Positions 9,281 to 20,884 of a stretch of DNA of 22,162 nucleotides are shown one piece after another (position 1 is the stretch's first letter; every line of letters begins with the position of its first letter). The position numbers and the translations under genes were made by a program. The notes under the pieces were generated by a model that saw nothing but the letters and a program-made list of their open reading frames with translations, ran no database searches and had not been told where the DNA came from. The stretch is taken from contig NW_021823716.1 of NCBI RefSeq assembly GCF_006345805.1, positions 1 to 22,162 of the forward strand, in the 5' to 3' direction. The stretch comes from Octopus sinensis (taxonomy: Eukaryota).

Positions 9281-9343
9281 GAAAGAATAGCTATATATAT
9301 AGTAGAAAGAATAGCTATATATATAGTAGAAAGAATAGCTATA
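9278..9343 (+). repeat. Three copies of a 24-bp unit GTAGAAAGAATAGC(TA)n
   Basis: Unit starts at 9278, 9302 and 9326. Confidence 0.9.
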
Positions 9344-9412
9344 ACTCTTTGACTGCTATTTCTAAATTCGGTGTGTGGTGAGGCAAATCGTTGCTAATCC
9401 CTTAATTACTTA

Positions 9413-9445
<33 letters not shown>

Positions 9446-9448
<3 letters not shown>

Positions 9449-9674
9449 GATACAGGATAAAATTTTTTTCGGGAAAAAAATTTTATCAATGGCCAGCATA
9501 TCAAAAAATGCCTTTAAAGGTAAAAATTATACATAATTTACAAGATAAGGGCAGAAGAAAAATTCTAGTGCCAGATACGCCAAAACAAAAAATTGTCGAT
9601 AACCATTAAATTTATGCATAATTTAATGGTTCCCGACAATTCTTTTGTTTCGGCGTATCTGGCATTAGAATTTT

Positions 9675-9677
<3 letters not shown>
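9446..9677. other. (TA)n-flanked palindrome-rich element of unknown family
   Basis: 15-bp perfect inverted repeat 9456-9470/9473-9487, and a ~123-bp near-perfect palindrome at 9555-9677. Confidence 0.7.
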
Positions 9678-9713
<36 letters not shown>

Positions 9714-9736
9714 ATATATATATATATATATTATAG

Positions 9737-9767
<31 letters not shown>

Positions 9768-10162
9768 CTATATACTATACATACACAATTATTGATGTGT
9801 ATATACATTTCTGTCCGTACATACACGCACACATATATAATTACTGCTAGTCATAACGTGAAAGGATGTATGCACTCTTTCGTAATTGACTGACATACGT
9901 GCATCATTTAATATGGAATCCATTTTGTAGGAACATCCATTCCGTTAATCTAAATAAATTTTATATCTGTAACCACTCTAATAATTAGTATAGATACCTC
10001 AACACAGTTAATCCTTCAACTTGAAATATAATATATTTCTACAGACAAGAAGAAACCAAATTTGAATTGGGAAACGTACGGTGAGATTTCTTTTCTTATT
10101 CCTTCTCTCTTTCCATACGTCTGTCGCCTGTTAAGTGCGAGTATATTATTAACTGCTATTAA

Positions 10163-10368
10163 CCCTTTCGTTACTGTATTAATTTTGAGATGCTCTGTGT
10201 TTCTTTCAATTACTTTAAATATAACAAAGAATTTAGTAAAATAACTCAGTTATCATTCAGCTAGTGTTAGGAACATAAATTGTGACTAAGGTTTGGTGGA
10301 AGATTTTAATTCAGAACTTTTGAAGACAAGACATTTGTATTACAAAGCCAGTGGTGGTTTCAAAAGGA
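10163..10368. mobile_element. piggyBac-type MITE copy 1 (right TIR degenerate)
   Basis: TTAA-CCCTTTCGTTAC start, TTAA at 10369-10372, internal sequence homologous to copy 2. Confidence 0.7.
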
Positions 10369-10399
10369 TTAAGAATTGTTTCTCTATTATATATTTTAA

Positions 10400-10620
10400 C
10401 CCTTTTGTTACCACATTTCTATTGAGATGCTTGTGTTTCTTTCAATTAATTTTAAATATAACAAAGAATTTAGTAAAATAACTTAGTTATCATTCAGCTA
10501 GTGTTAGGAACATAAATTGTGACTAAGGTTTGGTGGAAGATTTTTTATTCAAAACTTATGAAAAGATGACATTTGTACTCAGTGCCAGAGCCGATTTCAA
10601 CCGGGTTGGTAACGAAAGGG
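10400..10620. mobile_element. piggyBac-type MITE copy 2
   Basis: TTAA-CCCTTTTGTTACC..GGTAACGAAAGGG-TTAA: terminal inverted repeats plus TTAA TSD. Confidence 0.85.
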
Positions 10621-10624
10621 TTAA

Positions 10625-10800
10625 GGCGACAAGATTGGAGGAATCAGTACCTCGTAGAGGAAAACGCTTTGGAGCAGGTTTGCCGACTTCAGATGCCGTC
10701 AAGGTCGGCTTCCCGCTTCATTCTTTCGGGATCGGTAAAATAAGTACTAGTTAGACACGGGGGGGGGGGGGTAATAATCTTACCTCTTCCCTGAAATTGT
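10625..10800 (+). mobile_element. Old diverged SINE related to the 2621-2852 family
   Basis: GTCGGCTTCCCGCTTCATTCTTTCGGGATCGGTAAAATAAGTACTAG resembles the SINE core GTCGACTTTGCCTTTCATCCTTTCGGGGTCGATAAATTAAGTACCAG. Confidence 0.6.
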
Positions 10801-11307
10801 TCGCTTTTTGCAGAAATTTGAAGGTCCAGTGCTGAAGGCCCGTTATGAAGGTCCATCTCTTTACCTCCATTTGTTATACAACGCAGTTTGGTACCGTTGT
10901 GTTACTGGGTAAAGAATTTCTAGTATGCCCTAAATTTGAGCAATGCTTTTGAGTGAAATTTGTTAGATGGGAAGCGTTCAGAAGCCTATCCTATTCGCTC
11001 TACTCATAAGGGAAACATTACAGGATTTCTAGATGTGCGTTGAATTTGAGGTCAACGAGATACAAGATCAAACTATAATTGATTAGAGGTGTTTGATATG
11101 TAAATAATGTACATTTTCATAAATGTGTGTGGACGTGTGTGCGGTATGCACGAAAAAATCTGAACCCATCACACATATTCGCAGATCACTTCCTTGGGGT
11201 TGCATTTGTCAGTTCTTTCATTTGCGATTCCAGTGCCAGACTTCATCTCCATTTCTTATGAAAACGGATATTGTGTAACTTCTTAGAGCGAGATGGCGGA
11301 AGAGTAA

Positions 11308-11312
11308 GATAG

Positions 11313-11343
<31 letters not shown>

Positions 11344-11385
11344 GATAGATAGAGAGATAGATAGAGAGAGAGATAGATAGATATA

Positions 11386-11430
<45 letters not shown>

Positions 11431-11457
11431 GAGATAGATAGATAGATAGATAGATAT
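11308..11457 (+). repeat. (GATA)n array, 3' flank of copy B
   Basis: Read directly from the sequence. Confidence 0.95.
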
Positions 11458-13509
11458 GTTTCTTTATAGCCACACAGGGCTGCACAGATAGAACAAATTA
11501 CAGGTAGAGCTTTTCTTTTGAAGGTTTAAAAAAAAAAAAAGGAAGGGGGAGTTTCGATCAAAAGGATCGTAAAAGGAGAGAAAGAGAACAAAAAAAGGGG
11601 TTAAAAAAGGGGGAGAGGAAAAAAAAAAAACATTTTGTCAATAGGGATCGTTATCACAGAAATGTCAATATGAAGTGTAAAGGGGAGGACAGGTGAGGTT
11701 TACCCGTGGAAAGAAAAGCCTACGGAAAAGACCACGGTAACCTCGGTCAATGGAGTCACATGTTATATTTCTTTTTTTTTTTTTTGCAAATAAGCAACTC
11801 TCTGTTTTCAATTTCTGGGTTCATAGGATCATGCTCAAGGTGGCTACATTCACCCATCTTTTTTTAAAACATTCGCTAGACAAAACTTGCCTCTCTACTC
11901 TCACTTTCCTTTTCAAGTGGTACTTGAAGAAGTTGATGAGAGATTGACCAGAGAGGAAAGTGTTTGTCTCCAATCCTTTCAGACGCGTCCACCAGATACA
12001 TTCTTTCGCCATAGCCACAAGGATGATGAAAATAGCTCTTCTTCCCGTTTGAAGGAGGGAGGCGTGACACATATAACGATAGACTCAGCTGATAAACCGA
12101 CTCGTCCCACACGTGACAGCAGTTGTTCGACACCAAGCCCACAGGTCGGAAATTGTTGGACACTGCACGAGTGCATGCAGAACGGTTTCGTCGCTCTGAC
12201 CGCATCTCGGGCAGGTCGGCCCCGTGTTTCTCGAGCCGTGTCTGTAGAGCTTATCCCGAAAGGGTAGCGCTTCTGGTAGCACTGCCAGGCCAGGGATCTC
12301 TGGAAGTTGTCCATGGGCCCTGGCCGAAAGTCGTCCTGAACAGGCGGGTCAGGTACTCCTCGTCGACGTCCAGGTTCGCCCCGAGCTCGTCGTCGTACAT
12401 CCCCTCCACTAAACCCTATAGAATGCTTTGGTTGTGTTGAAGTCACTCAAGGTCGACCCAGGACGGCAGAGTTGCTTGAGCAACGCGACACTCGCGGTGC
12501 ATTCGCCCTTCTTCGGCCTCTTTTTGATCCACGACTGCAGTTCGGTCATGGAGACGAGCTGCGGGAAAGCGTGCCTCACAAACGGCGACCACACCTGTTC
12601 ACCGTCGTCTACATAGAGCCAGAGATGTCGCAGTCTCAGCGCGTGTCTGCGCATCATCAACCACGGCATGCCCAGCCCTCCTTTTAACGGGTGTTGACAG
12701 CAAATGGATCGCCTGACCATCGGGACGCATCCTTTCCACAAGAAGCGAAAGAGAATGCGTTGTAGTTTGGTGATGGTAGGGTCGGGACAAGGTACGCACG
12801 GTCAGGCGGTAGTAGATTACGGACGCGATGTACGTGTCGCCACCTCCGCCCGACCTTTTAGGGACAGTTTCCTCTCGGCCCATTGCCGGGCGAGAGTGAC
12901 CACCCTACTCGTTATCTCGTTCCAGTTCTTCTCCACTTGGAGGTCCGGACCAAACTAGACCCCGAGCAACTCAACCGGGCCGTCGGTCCAGCGTCCCACG
13001 GCGGAGGCGCTGGTGGACGGCATGGGCTTGCTTCTCCAGTGCTAGTCGCAAGCCCACTGACTTTTCCCGGTTGATTTTCGCTCCTGTCACCGCTTCGTAT
13101 TTTTTCAGTGTCTCGCCGACCTGCTCGATGTGCTCGTGGCTAGACACTATGACGGTGACGTCGTCGCGTATGCAGACACGCTCGTCCCGCATCCCAGTTC
13201 TCGCGGGATGCCTCTCAAGGTTGCCAGCTTCGCAATAATGGCTCGAGAGTCAATACGTATAGAAGCGACGAGAGGGGGCATCCCTGACGGACCGAACGTG
13301 CGATGTCGAAGGGTCTCGATAGATGTCATTCACGCGAATTACCGAACGGATGCCTCTGTACAAGCGGCTATCCAGCCGCGGAAGACGGGACCGAAGCCAG
13401 CCGCTCCGAGGACCGCCTCCAAGTATCGATGGTCCACCCTATCGAAAGCTTTCGATGATCCAAATTGATCAGCGCCCCCCCCATGCCAGGTTCGTAACTA
13501 CCCTGTCTA
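11458..13509 (-). mobile_element. Tx1-clade LINE copy B: 5'-truncated, RT C-terminal half, CCHC zinc finger and 3' UTR; ORF2 stop at 11821-11823
   Basis: Frameshifted minus-strand RT motifs (D..KAFDRV, YE(A)VTGAKINREK), CPRCGQSDETVLHALVQC zinc finger, and 3' UTR matching copy D. Confidence 0.92.
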
Positions 13510-13606
13510 GATAGAGATGATAGATAGATAGAAGATGATAGATAGATAGATAGAAGACAGATAAATAGATAGATAGATATATAGATAGATAGATAAATAG
13601 ACTGAA

Positions 13607-13638
<32 letters not shown>
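13510..13638 (+). repeat. (GATA)n then (GA)n array, 5' flank of copy B
   Basis: Read directly from the sequence. Confidence 0.92.
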
Positions 13639-13639
<1 letters not shown>

Positions 13640-13800
13640 TGGGGAATATATATTCAGGGTTAGTTTATTTACTGATGGCGGAATAGTGGAAGGCAAACTT
13701 GCATGAGATTGATTTGAATGCAAAGCGCAGTTAGTTCTAGTACATACCACAAGATATACACTCGCACATCCACCCATCTATCCATTCACGCATCATTCAA

Positions 13801-14140
13801 AATACATATATATATATATATATACATACGTATTGACACACACGCACACACCATATACACAGCTGTGTGATTCTTGCATATATATGAATATATTATATAT
13901 ATTATATATATAATATATATATTATATATATATATATAAATAGATATGTATATATATATATATACATATATATACAATATATACAGATATATACATATGT
14001 ACACACACACATATATATAACATATACTAGGTATATATATACACATGTACACATGTATATATATATATATGTTTATATATATATATTTATGCATATATAT
14101 ATATACACACATATATATGTGTACACACGTACACACACAA

Positions 14141-14173
<33 letters not shown>

Positions 14174-14195
14174 CACTTGTAGATTTCTATATACA
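13801..14195. repeat. Compound (TA)/(CA) microsatellite tract
   Basis: Read directly from the sequence. Confidence 0.9.
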
Positions 14196-14281
14196 TGTAT
14201 AGTTCTGTAGGTAGTGAGAGACTTTCATAAATGAATATGGGGGCAAATGAATAAATACGTATATATGCGTGTATGTAAATT

Positions 14282-14282
<1 letters not shown>

Positions 14283-14313
<31 letters not shown>
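14283..14313 (+). repeat. (TATC)n array, 5' flank of copy C
   Basis: Read directly from the sequence. Confidence 0.95.
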
Positions 14314-17300
14314 CACATTAGGTCAAACACTAACATTACTGAAAACGACATAAAAACAAGTAACCACCCACATACAACACCACCACAACACATTAAAATA
14401 ATACACGTGACACAGAACACATACAGCACCCTGAAATCTCTTTACCCTGATGCAGTAGGGAGATTTCAAAAGTACACATCGAAAAAAAACTGTATAAAAG
14501 CCTCATAGAAGAAGCGTGAGGTGAAAGACAAAGAACTTTCGAAAAACAAGTAACCTTTTCTCTCTCCTTTCCTTTTTTGCACTTTTATCGAACATGCTCA
14601 GAATAGGTAGTATAAATGTACGTGGCTTGGGGTCGCCTTGGAAACAAGGCTACCTGTTAAATGACATCAAGTCACTAAATCTGAATATCATAGCCATCAG
14701 TGAGACCAGACTCCACAGCTTGCGGGCACTCCAGCACATTTTCGGTACACATTTCAACATATTTTTCTCCGTGTCTACCGAGAATGGGCGGAGGTGGCAC
14801 CGCGGTGCTTATCCGGAAGAGTCTGGATCTCAAAGTAAGAGCAAATTTCCTAGACCGGAGGGTAGGCTGGTCGTTTTGGATGTCGATGGCAGCAATGAGT
14901 GTGCTTTTCGACTGATAGCAGTTTATGCTCCGTCCTTAACAGGCCGACCAGATTTCTTTCGACGTCTAGAGTCTTTCATGGGAACGTCTCGTCCTTTACT
15001 TTTAGTGGGGGATTGGAATGCCACCCTGGACACGCATCTAGACTACGTGGGCAGAGATAGCAATAGAAGGGGATGCAAATGCCTCAAAGACCTGCTCAGA
15101 CGTTTCCAACTGTCTGACAGGTACCGACTGGACCACCCGAATGTGCCAATGTGGACATGGAGTAACCGCATCGGGTCGTCCAGATCATACTTAGATAGAG
15201 TATTCTGTAGGACAATAGATAAAAAAGTGTAGGTTGTCCACAATTTCATATAGTCAGTTACACAGATCACAAGTTTGTGACTTGTACACTTGACTTAGAT
15301 AAGACACATAGGCAGGGTCCTGGTTACTGGAAACTGAACGCGTCTTACAGCACGACAGGTTTACAGGGACCGGATCAGCACATTAGTTAAGAGAGCTTTG
15401 ACGGGTACCATCATCAACAACAGATGGTGGTATGCCCTAAAAAAAGCGATTAAAGCAGAATCAGTCAGATACAGTAGAGCCTAGCATTAGACCGAAATAG
15501 AATAGAGGGAGAATTAGTTAAGGTTTTAGAAGAGGCACTTAGAACTGGCATCGCGTCCAACGTACTGGCGGCGAGATTGGCCCTCGACCAACACCTCAAC
15601 GCCAAACACGAGGGATGCGTTGTCAGAGCTAGGAGGTGCGTGCTCTGAGGAACGAAGGAGTTGGAGCCGCCCAAGAGGCCCGAGTGGTGGAGACGCAACG
15701 AGGCAACAGAGCCACCATCAAGTCTCTTATAGATGAACAGGGGCGCGAATTGCTCGAGCCTAAAAGGATGTGTGGGTTTTTTCAACAACACTTCACCCAA
15801 CTGTTTGGGACAAGTGGTGAGTCAGAAAGCAGAGTGGACTTTAGTGCCTACCTGCATGCCTTGCCACGACTCTCAGCAAGGGAGGTGGAGTCTTGTGAAA
15901 AGCCTATCACAGCTGCGGATGTACAGGATGCGATGGTAGGGCTGCGCGAGACAAGTCACCAGCTTGGATGGTCTGCCCTACGAATTTTATTTTCATATGC
16001 CAGACTTGTTTGGAGGCGTCTTGGCAGCTGTCTACTGCAACTGGCAGCAGAACGGGAGTATTCCTGCTTTTGTAAAGCGAGGAGCAGTGGCACTGATCAA
16101 GAAAGACCCAAACAAGGGGACGTCATAGATAATTTCAGGCCCATCACTCTGCTCAACGCAGATTTGAAAATTTTGGCCAAGGTGTTAGCCGAGAGGTTGG
16201 CGCTTGTCATCAAGAAACTAATCGACAAGGCGCAAACATGCGCCGTGCCGGGGGTAGAAGTATTCATGACAACCTCCATCTGATGCGCTACATCATAGAC
16301 AGGGTAGTTAAAAATCCTGGCATGGGTGGGGCGCTGATCAATTGGATCAATCAAAAGCCTTCGATAGGGTAGACCATCACTACTTGGAGGCTGTCTCAAA
16401 GCGGCTGGTTTCGGTCCAGTTTTCCGCGGTTGGATCGCTGCCTTATACAGCGGCATCCGCTCAGTAGTTCGCGTAAATGGTCATCTATCCAGACCTTTTA
16501 ACATCATGCGTTCGGTTCGTCAGGGATGCCCCCTCTCATCGTGCTGTGTATGTACTGACTCTTGAGCCACTACTGCGGAAACTGGCGACGCTGAGGGGCA
16601 TCCCACGAGAGCTGGGATGCGGGAGGAGCGTGTCTGCATACGCGGATGACGTCACCGTCATAGTGTCGAGCTACGAGCACATCGAGCTGGTCGGCGAGAC
16701 ACTGAAAGAATACGAAGCGGTAACGGGAGCAAAAATTAACCGGGAAAAGTCAGTGGGCTTGCGGCTCGGCACCTGGAGAAGCAAGCCCATGCCGTCCAAC
16801 AGCGTCTCCATCGTGGGACGCTGGACGGACGGACCGGTTAAATTGCTCGGGGTCTGGTTCGGTCGGACCCCAAAGAGAAGAACTGGGGCGAGATAACGAC
16901 TAGGGTGGCTACTCTCACCCAGAAATGGACTGAGAGAAAGCTATCCCTAAAAGGTCGGGCGGAGGTGGCGGAACGCGTACATCGCATCCGTCATCGAGTA
17001 TCGTCTGACCGTCGTGCCTTGTCCCGACCCTACCATCACCAAACTGGAACGCATACTCTTCCGCTTCTTGTGGAAGGAAACGTTCCGATGGTTAGGCGAT
17101 CCATTTGCTGCCAACACCCGCTAAATGGAGGGCTGGGCATGCCGTGGTTGATGATGCGCAGACATGCGCTGAGACTGCGACATCTCCGGCGCTTCATAGA
17201 CAACGGTGAACAGGGGTGGTCGCCTTTTGTGCGGCGCGCTTTCCCGCAGCTCGTCTCCTTGGACGAACTACAGTCATGGATCAAGCAGAGACCGAGGCTA

Positions 17301-18317
17301 GGCGAATGGCACCGCGAGTGTCGCGTTGCTCTCAAGCAACTCTGCCGTCCGGGATCGAACTTGTGCGACTCCATCACAACAAAGGCATTCTATAGAGGAT
17401 TAGTGGAGGGGAGGTGCGACGACGAACTCGGGCAGAGTCTGGGCGTCGACGAGGAACACCTGACCCGCCTGTTCAGGACAACTTTCGGGCCGGGACCTAT
17501 GAACAATCACCAAAGATCCCTGGCCTGGCAGTGCTATCGAGAAGCATTACCTGTTCGGATAAGCTCTACAGACACGGTTCCAGACACACTGGACCGACTT
17601 GCCCGAGATGCGGTCAGAGCGACGAAACCGTTCTGCACGCACTCGTGCAATGTCCAACCATTTCCGACCTGTGGGCTTATGCCGAACGGCTGCTGTCACG
17701 TGTGGGACGAATCCGCCTATCGGCCGAGTCTATCGTGAGAATTGCTCCGCCCCCTTCCCTCAACCGGGAAGGCAAGGCAGTTTTCATCGTACTGGTGGCC
17801 ATGGTGAAAGAATGTGTGTGGTGGACTCGAGCGAAAGGATTAGAGAACAAAACTTACCTCTCTGGCCAATCGCTCATCAACTTTTTCAAGTACCACTTGA
17901 AAAGGAAGGTGAGAATGGAGAGGAAGTTTTGTCTCGCGAAAGATTCAAAAAAAGATGGGTGAATGTTGCAAAGATGGTGCGTGCTAGTAACGAAACCATT
18001 TTGAGCATGATCCTGTAGATCGTAAAAAAGAAAGAAAGAGAGCATTTTGACATCATGGTTTATTCCTCCCTGACTGGGTTCCCGTGGTCTTTTCTGTAGG
18101 CTTTTTCTTCCCACGGATGAACCCAATCTTGTTATATCAATGTTTACAACCATTATTCTGTGATACACGATTTTCTTTTTTCCTTTTTTTTCCTCCTCTC
18201 GATCCCTTTTGATCGCCATCTTACATTTTTTTATTTTTTTTCCACCCTCGAAAAGAAAAGCTCTGCATTTGTATGTGTCCCCTCTGTATTCAGCCCTGTG
18301 TGGCTAATAAAAGAAAG
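14314..18317 (+). mobile_element. Tx1-clade LINE copy C: ORF1 3' remnant (14314-14553), complete ORF2 region, 3' UTR
   Basis: Full APE-RT-zinc finger order; ends GGCTAATAAAAGAAAG; TATC repeats on both sides. Confidence 0.93.
14594..18018 (+). pseudogene. ORF2 (APE endonuclease, reverse transcriptase, CCHC zinc finger) of the L1/Tx1 clade, broken by many 1-nt frameshifts in this sequence
   Basis: APE motifs SINVRGL, AISET, VYAP, VGDWN, SYLDRVF, TDH, YWKLN. RT motifs NFRPITLLNADLKILAKVL, QTCAVPG, DQSKAFDRVDH, RQGCPLS, YADDV, GAKINREKS, LLGVWFG. Zinc finger CPRC..H..C. Confidence 0.92.
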
Positions 18318-18318
<1 letters not shown>

Positions 18319-18377
<59 letters not shown>

Positions 18378-18394
18378 ATATCTATCTATCTATC
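18319..18394 (+). repeat. (TATC)n array between copies C and D
   Basis: Read directly from the sequence. Confidence 0.95.
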
Positions 18395-18408
18395 TGTGGG
18401 CTTTGCCC

Positions 18409-20339
18409 ACATCATAGACAGGGTAGTTAACGAACCTGCATGGGTGGGGCCCTGATCAACTTGGATCAATCTAAAAGCCTTGATAGGGTGACCATCTATC
18501 CTTGGAGGCATCTGAGAGCGGCTGGGTTCGGTCCCGTCTTCCGCGGCTGGATAGCTGCCTTGTACAGAGGCTCCGTTCGGTAATTCGCGTAAATGGACAT
18601 CTATCGAGACCTTTCGACATTGCACGTCGGTCCGTCAGGATGCCCCCTCTCGGCGCTTCTATACGTATTGACTCTGAGCCACTATGCGGAAGCTGGCGAC
18701 TCTAAGGGGCATCCCGCGAGAATGGGAGGATGCGACGAGCGTGTCTGCATACGCGGACGACACGTCACCGTCATAGTGTAAGCCACGAGCACATCGAGCT
18801 GGTCGGCGAGACACTGAAAACTACGAAGCGTGACAGGAGCGAAATCAACCGGGAAAAGGTCAGTGGGCTTGCGACTAGGCACCTGGAGAAGCAAGCCCAT
18901 GCCGTCCACCAGCGCCTCCGTCGTGGGACGATGGACCGACGGCCCGGTTGAGTTGCTCGGGGTCTGGGTGGGTCCGGACCTCCACGGGGGAGAGAACGGA
19001 ACGAGATAACGAGTAGGGTGGTCACTCTCGCCCGGCAATGGGCCGAGAGGAAACTGTCAAAAAGGTCGAGCGGAGGTGGCGAACACGTACATCGCGTCCG
19101 TCATCTAAACCGCCTGACCGTCGTACCTTGTCCCGACCCTACCATCACCAAAATACAACGCATTCCTCTTTCGCTTCTTGTGGAAGGATGCGTCCCCGAT
19201 GGTCAGGCGATCCATTTGCTGTCAAACACCCGTTAAAAGGGGCCTGGGCATGCCGTGGTTGATGATGCGCAGACACGCGCTGAGACTGCGACATCTCTGG
19301 CTCTATGTAGACGGACGGTGAACAGGTGTGGTCGCCGTTTGTGAGGCACGCTTTCCCGCAGCTCGTCTCCATGACCGAACTGCAGTCGTGGATCAAAAAG
19401 AGGCCGAGGAAGGGCGAATGGCACCGCGAGTGTCGCGTTGCTCTCAAGCAACTCTGCCGTCCTGGGTCGACCTAAGTGACTTCAACACAACCAAAGCATT
19501 CTATAGGGGTTTAGTGGAGGGGAGGTACGACGACGAGCTCGGGGGAACCGAACTGGACGTCGACGAGGAGTACCTGAACCGCCTGTTCGGGACGACTTTC
19601 AGGCAGGGCCCATGGACAACTTCCAGAGATCCCTGGCCTGGCAGTGCTACCGAGAAGCGCTACCCGTTCGGGATAAGCTCTACAGACACGGCTCGAGAAA
19701 CACGGGGCCGACCTGCCCGAGATGCGGTCAGAGCGACGAAAACGTTCTGCACGCACTCGTTCAGTGTCCAACAATTTCCGACCTGTGGGCTTATGTCGAA
19801 CAACTGCTGTCACGTGTGGGACGAGTCGGTTTATCAGCTGAGTCTATCGTCAATATTGTCAGCCTCCTTCCTTCAAACGGGAAGGAAGAGCTATTTTCAT
19901 CATCCTGTGGCTATGGCGAAAGAATGTATCTGGTGGACGCGTCTGAAAGGATTGGAGACAAACACTTTCCTCTCTGGTCAATCTCTCATCAACTTCTTCA
20001 AGTACCACTTGAAAGGAAAGTGAGAGTAGAGAGGCAAGTTTTGTCTAGCGAATGTTTTAAAAAAAGATGGGTGAATGTAGCAAGAATGGCACGTATGAAT
20101 GACGAAGCCACCTTGAGCATAATCCTATGAATAGAAATCGAAAACAGAGAGTTGCTTATTTGCAAAAAAAAAAAAAAAAAAAAAAGAAATATAAATGTGA
20201 CTCATTGACCGAGGTTACCGTGGTCTTTTCCGTAGGCTTTTCTTTCCACGGGTAAACCTCACCTGTCCTCCCCTTTTACACTTCATATTGACATTTCTGT
20301 GTGATAACGATCCCTATTGATCAATTTTTTTTCCTCTCC

Positions 20340-20372
<33 letters not shown>

Positions 20373-20520
20373 CCCTTTTTTGGTCCTCTTTCTCTCCTTT
20401 TACGATCCTTTTGATCGAAATCCCCTTCACCTTTTTTTTTTTTTTTTAAAACTTCCAAAGAAAAGCTCTCCTTTAATTGTTCTATCTGTGTGCAGCCCTG
20501 GTGGCTATAAACGAAAAAAC
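18409..20520 (+). mobile_element. Tx1-clade LINE copy D: 5'-truncated in RT, ORF2 stop at 20128-20130, 3' UTR; same subfamily as B
   Basis: Starts ACATCATAGACAGGGTAG, homologous to C at ~16291. Contains RT and zinc finger motifs. 3' UTR nearly identical to B. Confidence 0.92.
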
Positions 20521-20521
20521 A

Positions 20522-20666
20522 TATCTATCTATCTATCTATTGTCATCTACCTACTATCTATCTATCTATCTATCTATCTATATATCTATCTATCTATCTA
20601 TCTATATCTATCTACCTATCTATCTATCATCTATCTACATCTATCCATCCATCTATCTACACTATC

Positions 20667-20699
<33 letters not shown>

Positions 20700-20708
20700 A
20701 TCATCTAC

Positions 20709-20743
<35 letters not shown>

Positions 20744-20820
20744 CCTACCTATCTATCTATCTATCTATCTATCTACATATCATCTATCTATCTATCTATT
20801 CTATTATCTATCTATCTACC

Positions 20821-20859
<39 letters not shown>

Positions 20860-20880
20860 CTATCTATCTATCTATCTATC
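20522..20880 (+). repeat. Long (~360 bp) imperfect (TATC)n array between copies D and E
   Basis: Read directly from the sequence. Confidence 0.95.
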
Positions 20881-20884
20881 TCTC

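Noticed and set aside
9555-9677. Long hairpin as a pre-miRNA or classical Stowaway MITE
   Set aside because: No expression data is available and there is no TA TSD at the left arm. It is kept only as an unclassified palindrome.
10814-10908. Possible 95-nt exon (TTTTTGCAG acceptor, GG/GTAAAG donor, open frame KFEGPVLKARYEG..)
   Set aside because: No partner exons and no recognisable protein. Such signals arise by chance. RNA-seq would be needed.
11750-20023. Antisense and alternative-frame ORFs over the Tx1 copies
   Set aside because: They are by-products of GC-rich ORF2 sequence and frameshifts, with no independent motifs.
11458-20520. B and D as an assembly-generated inverted duplicate
   Set aside because: Their 5' junctions and flanks differ, and B has a 27-nt in-frame deletion, which points to separate insertions.
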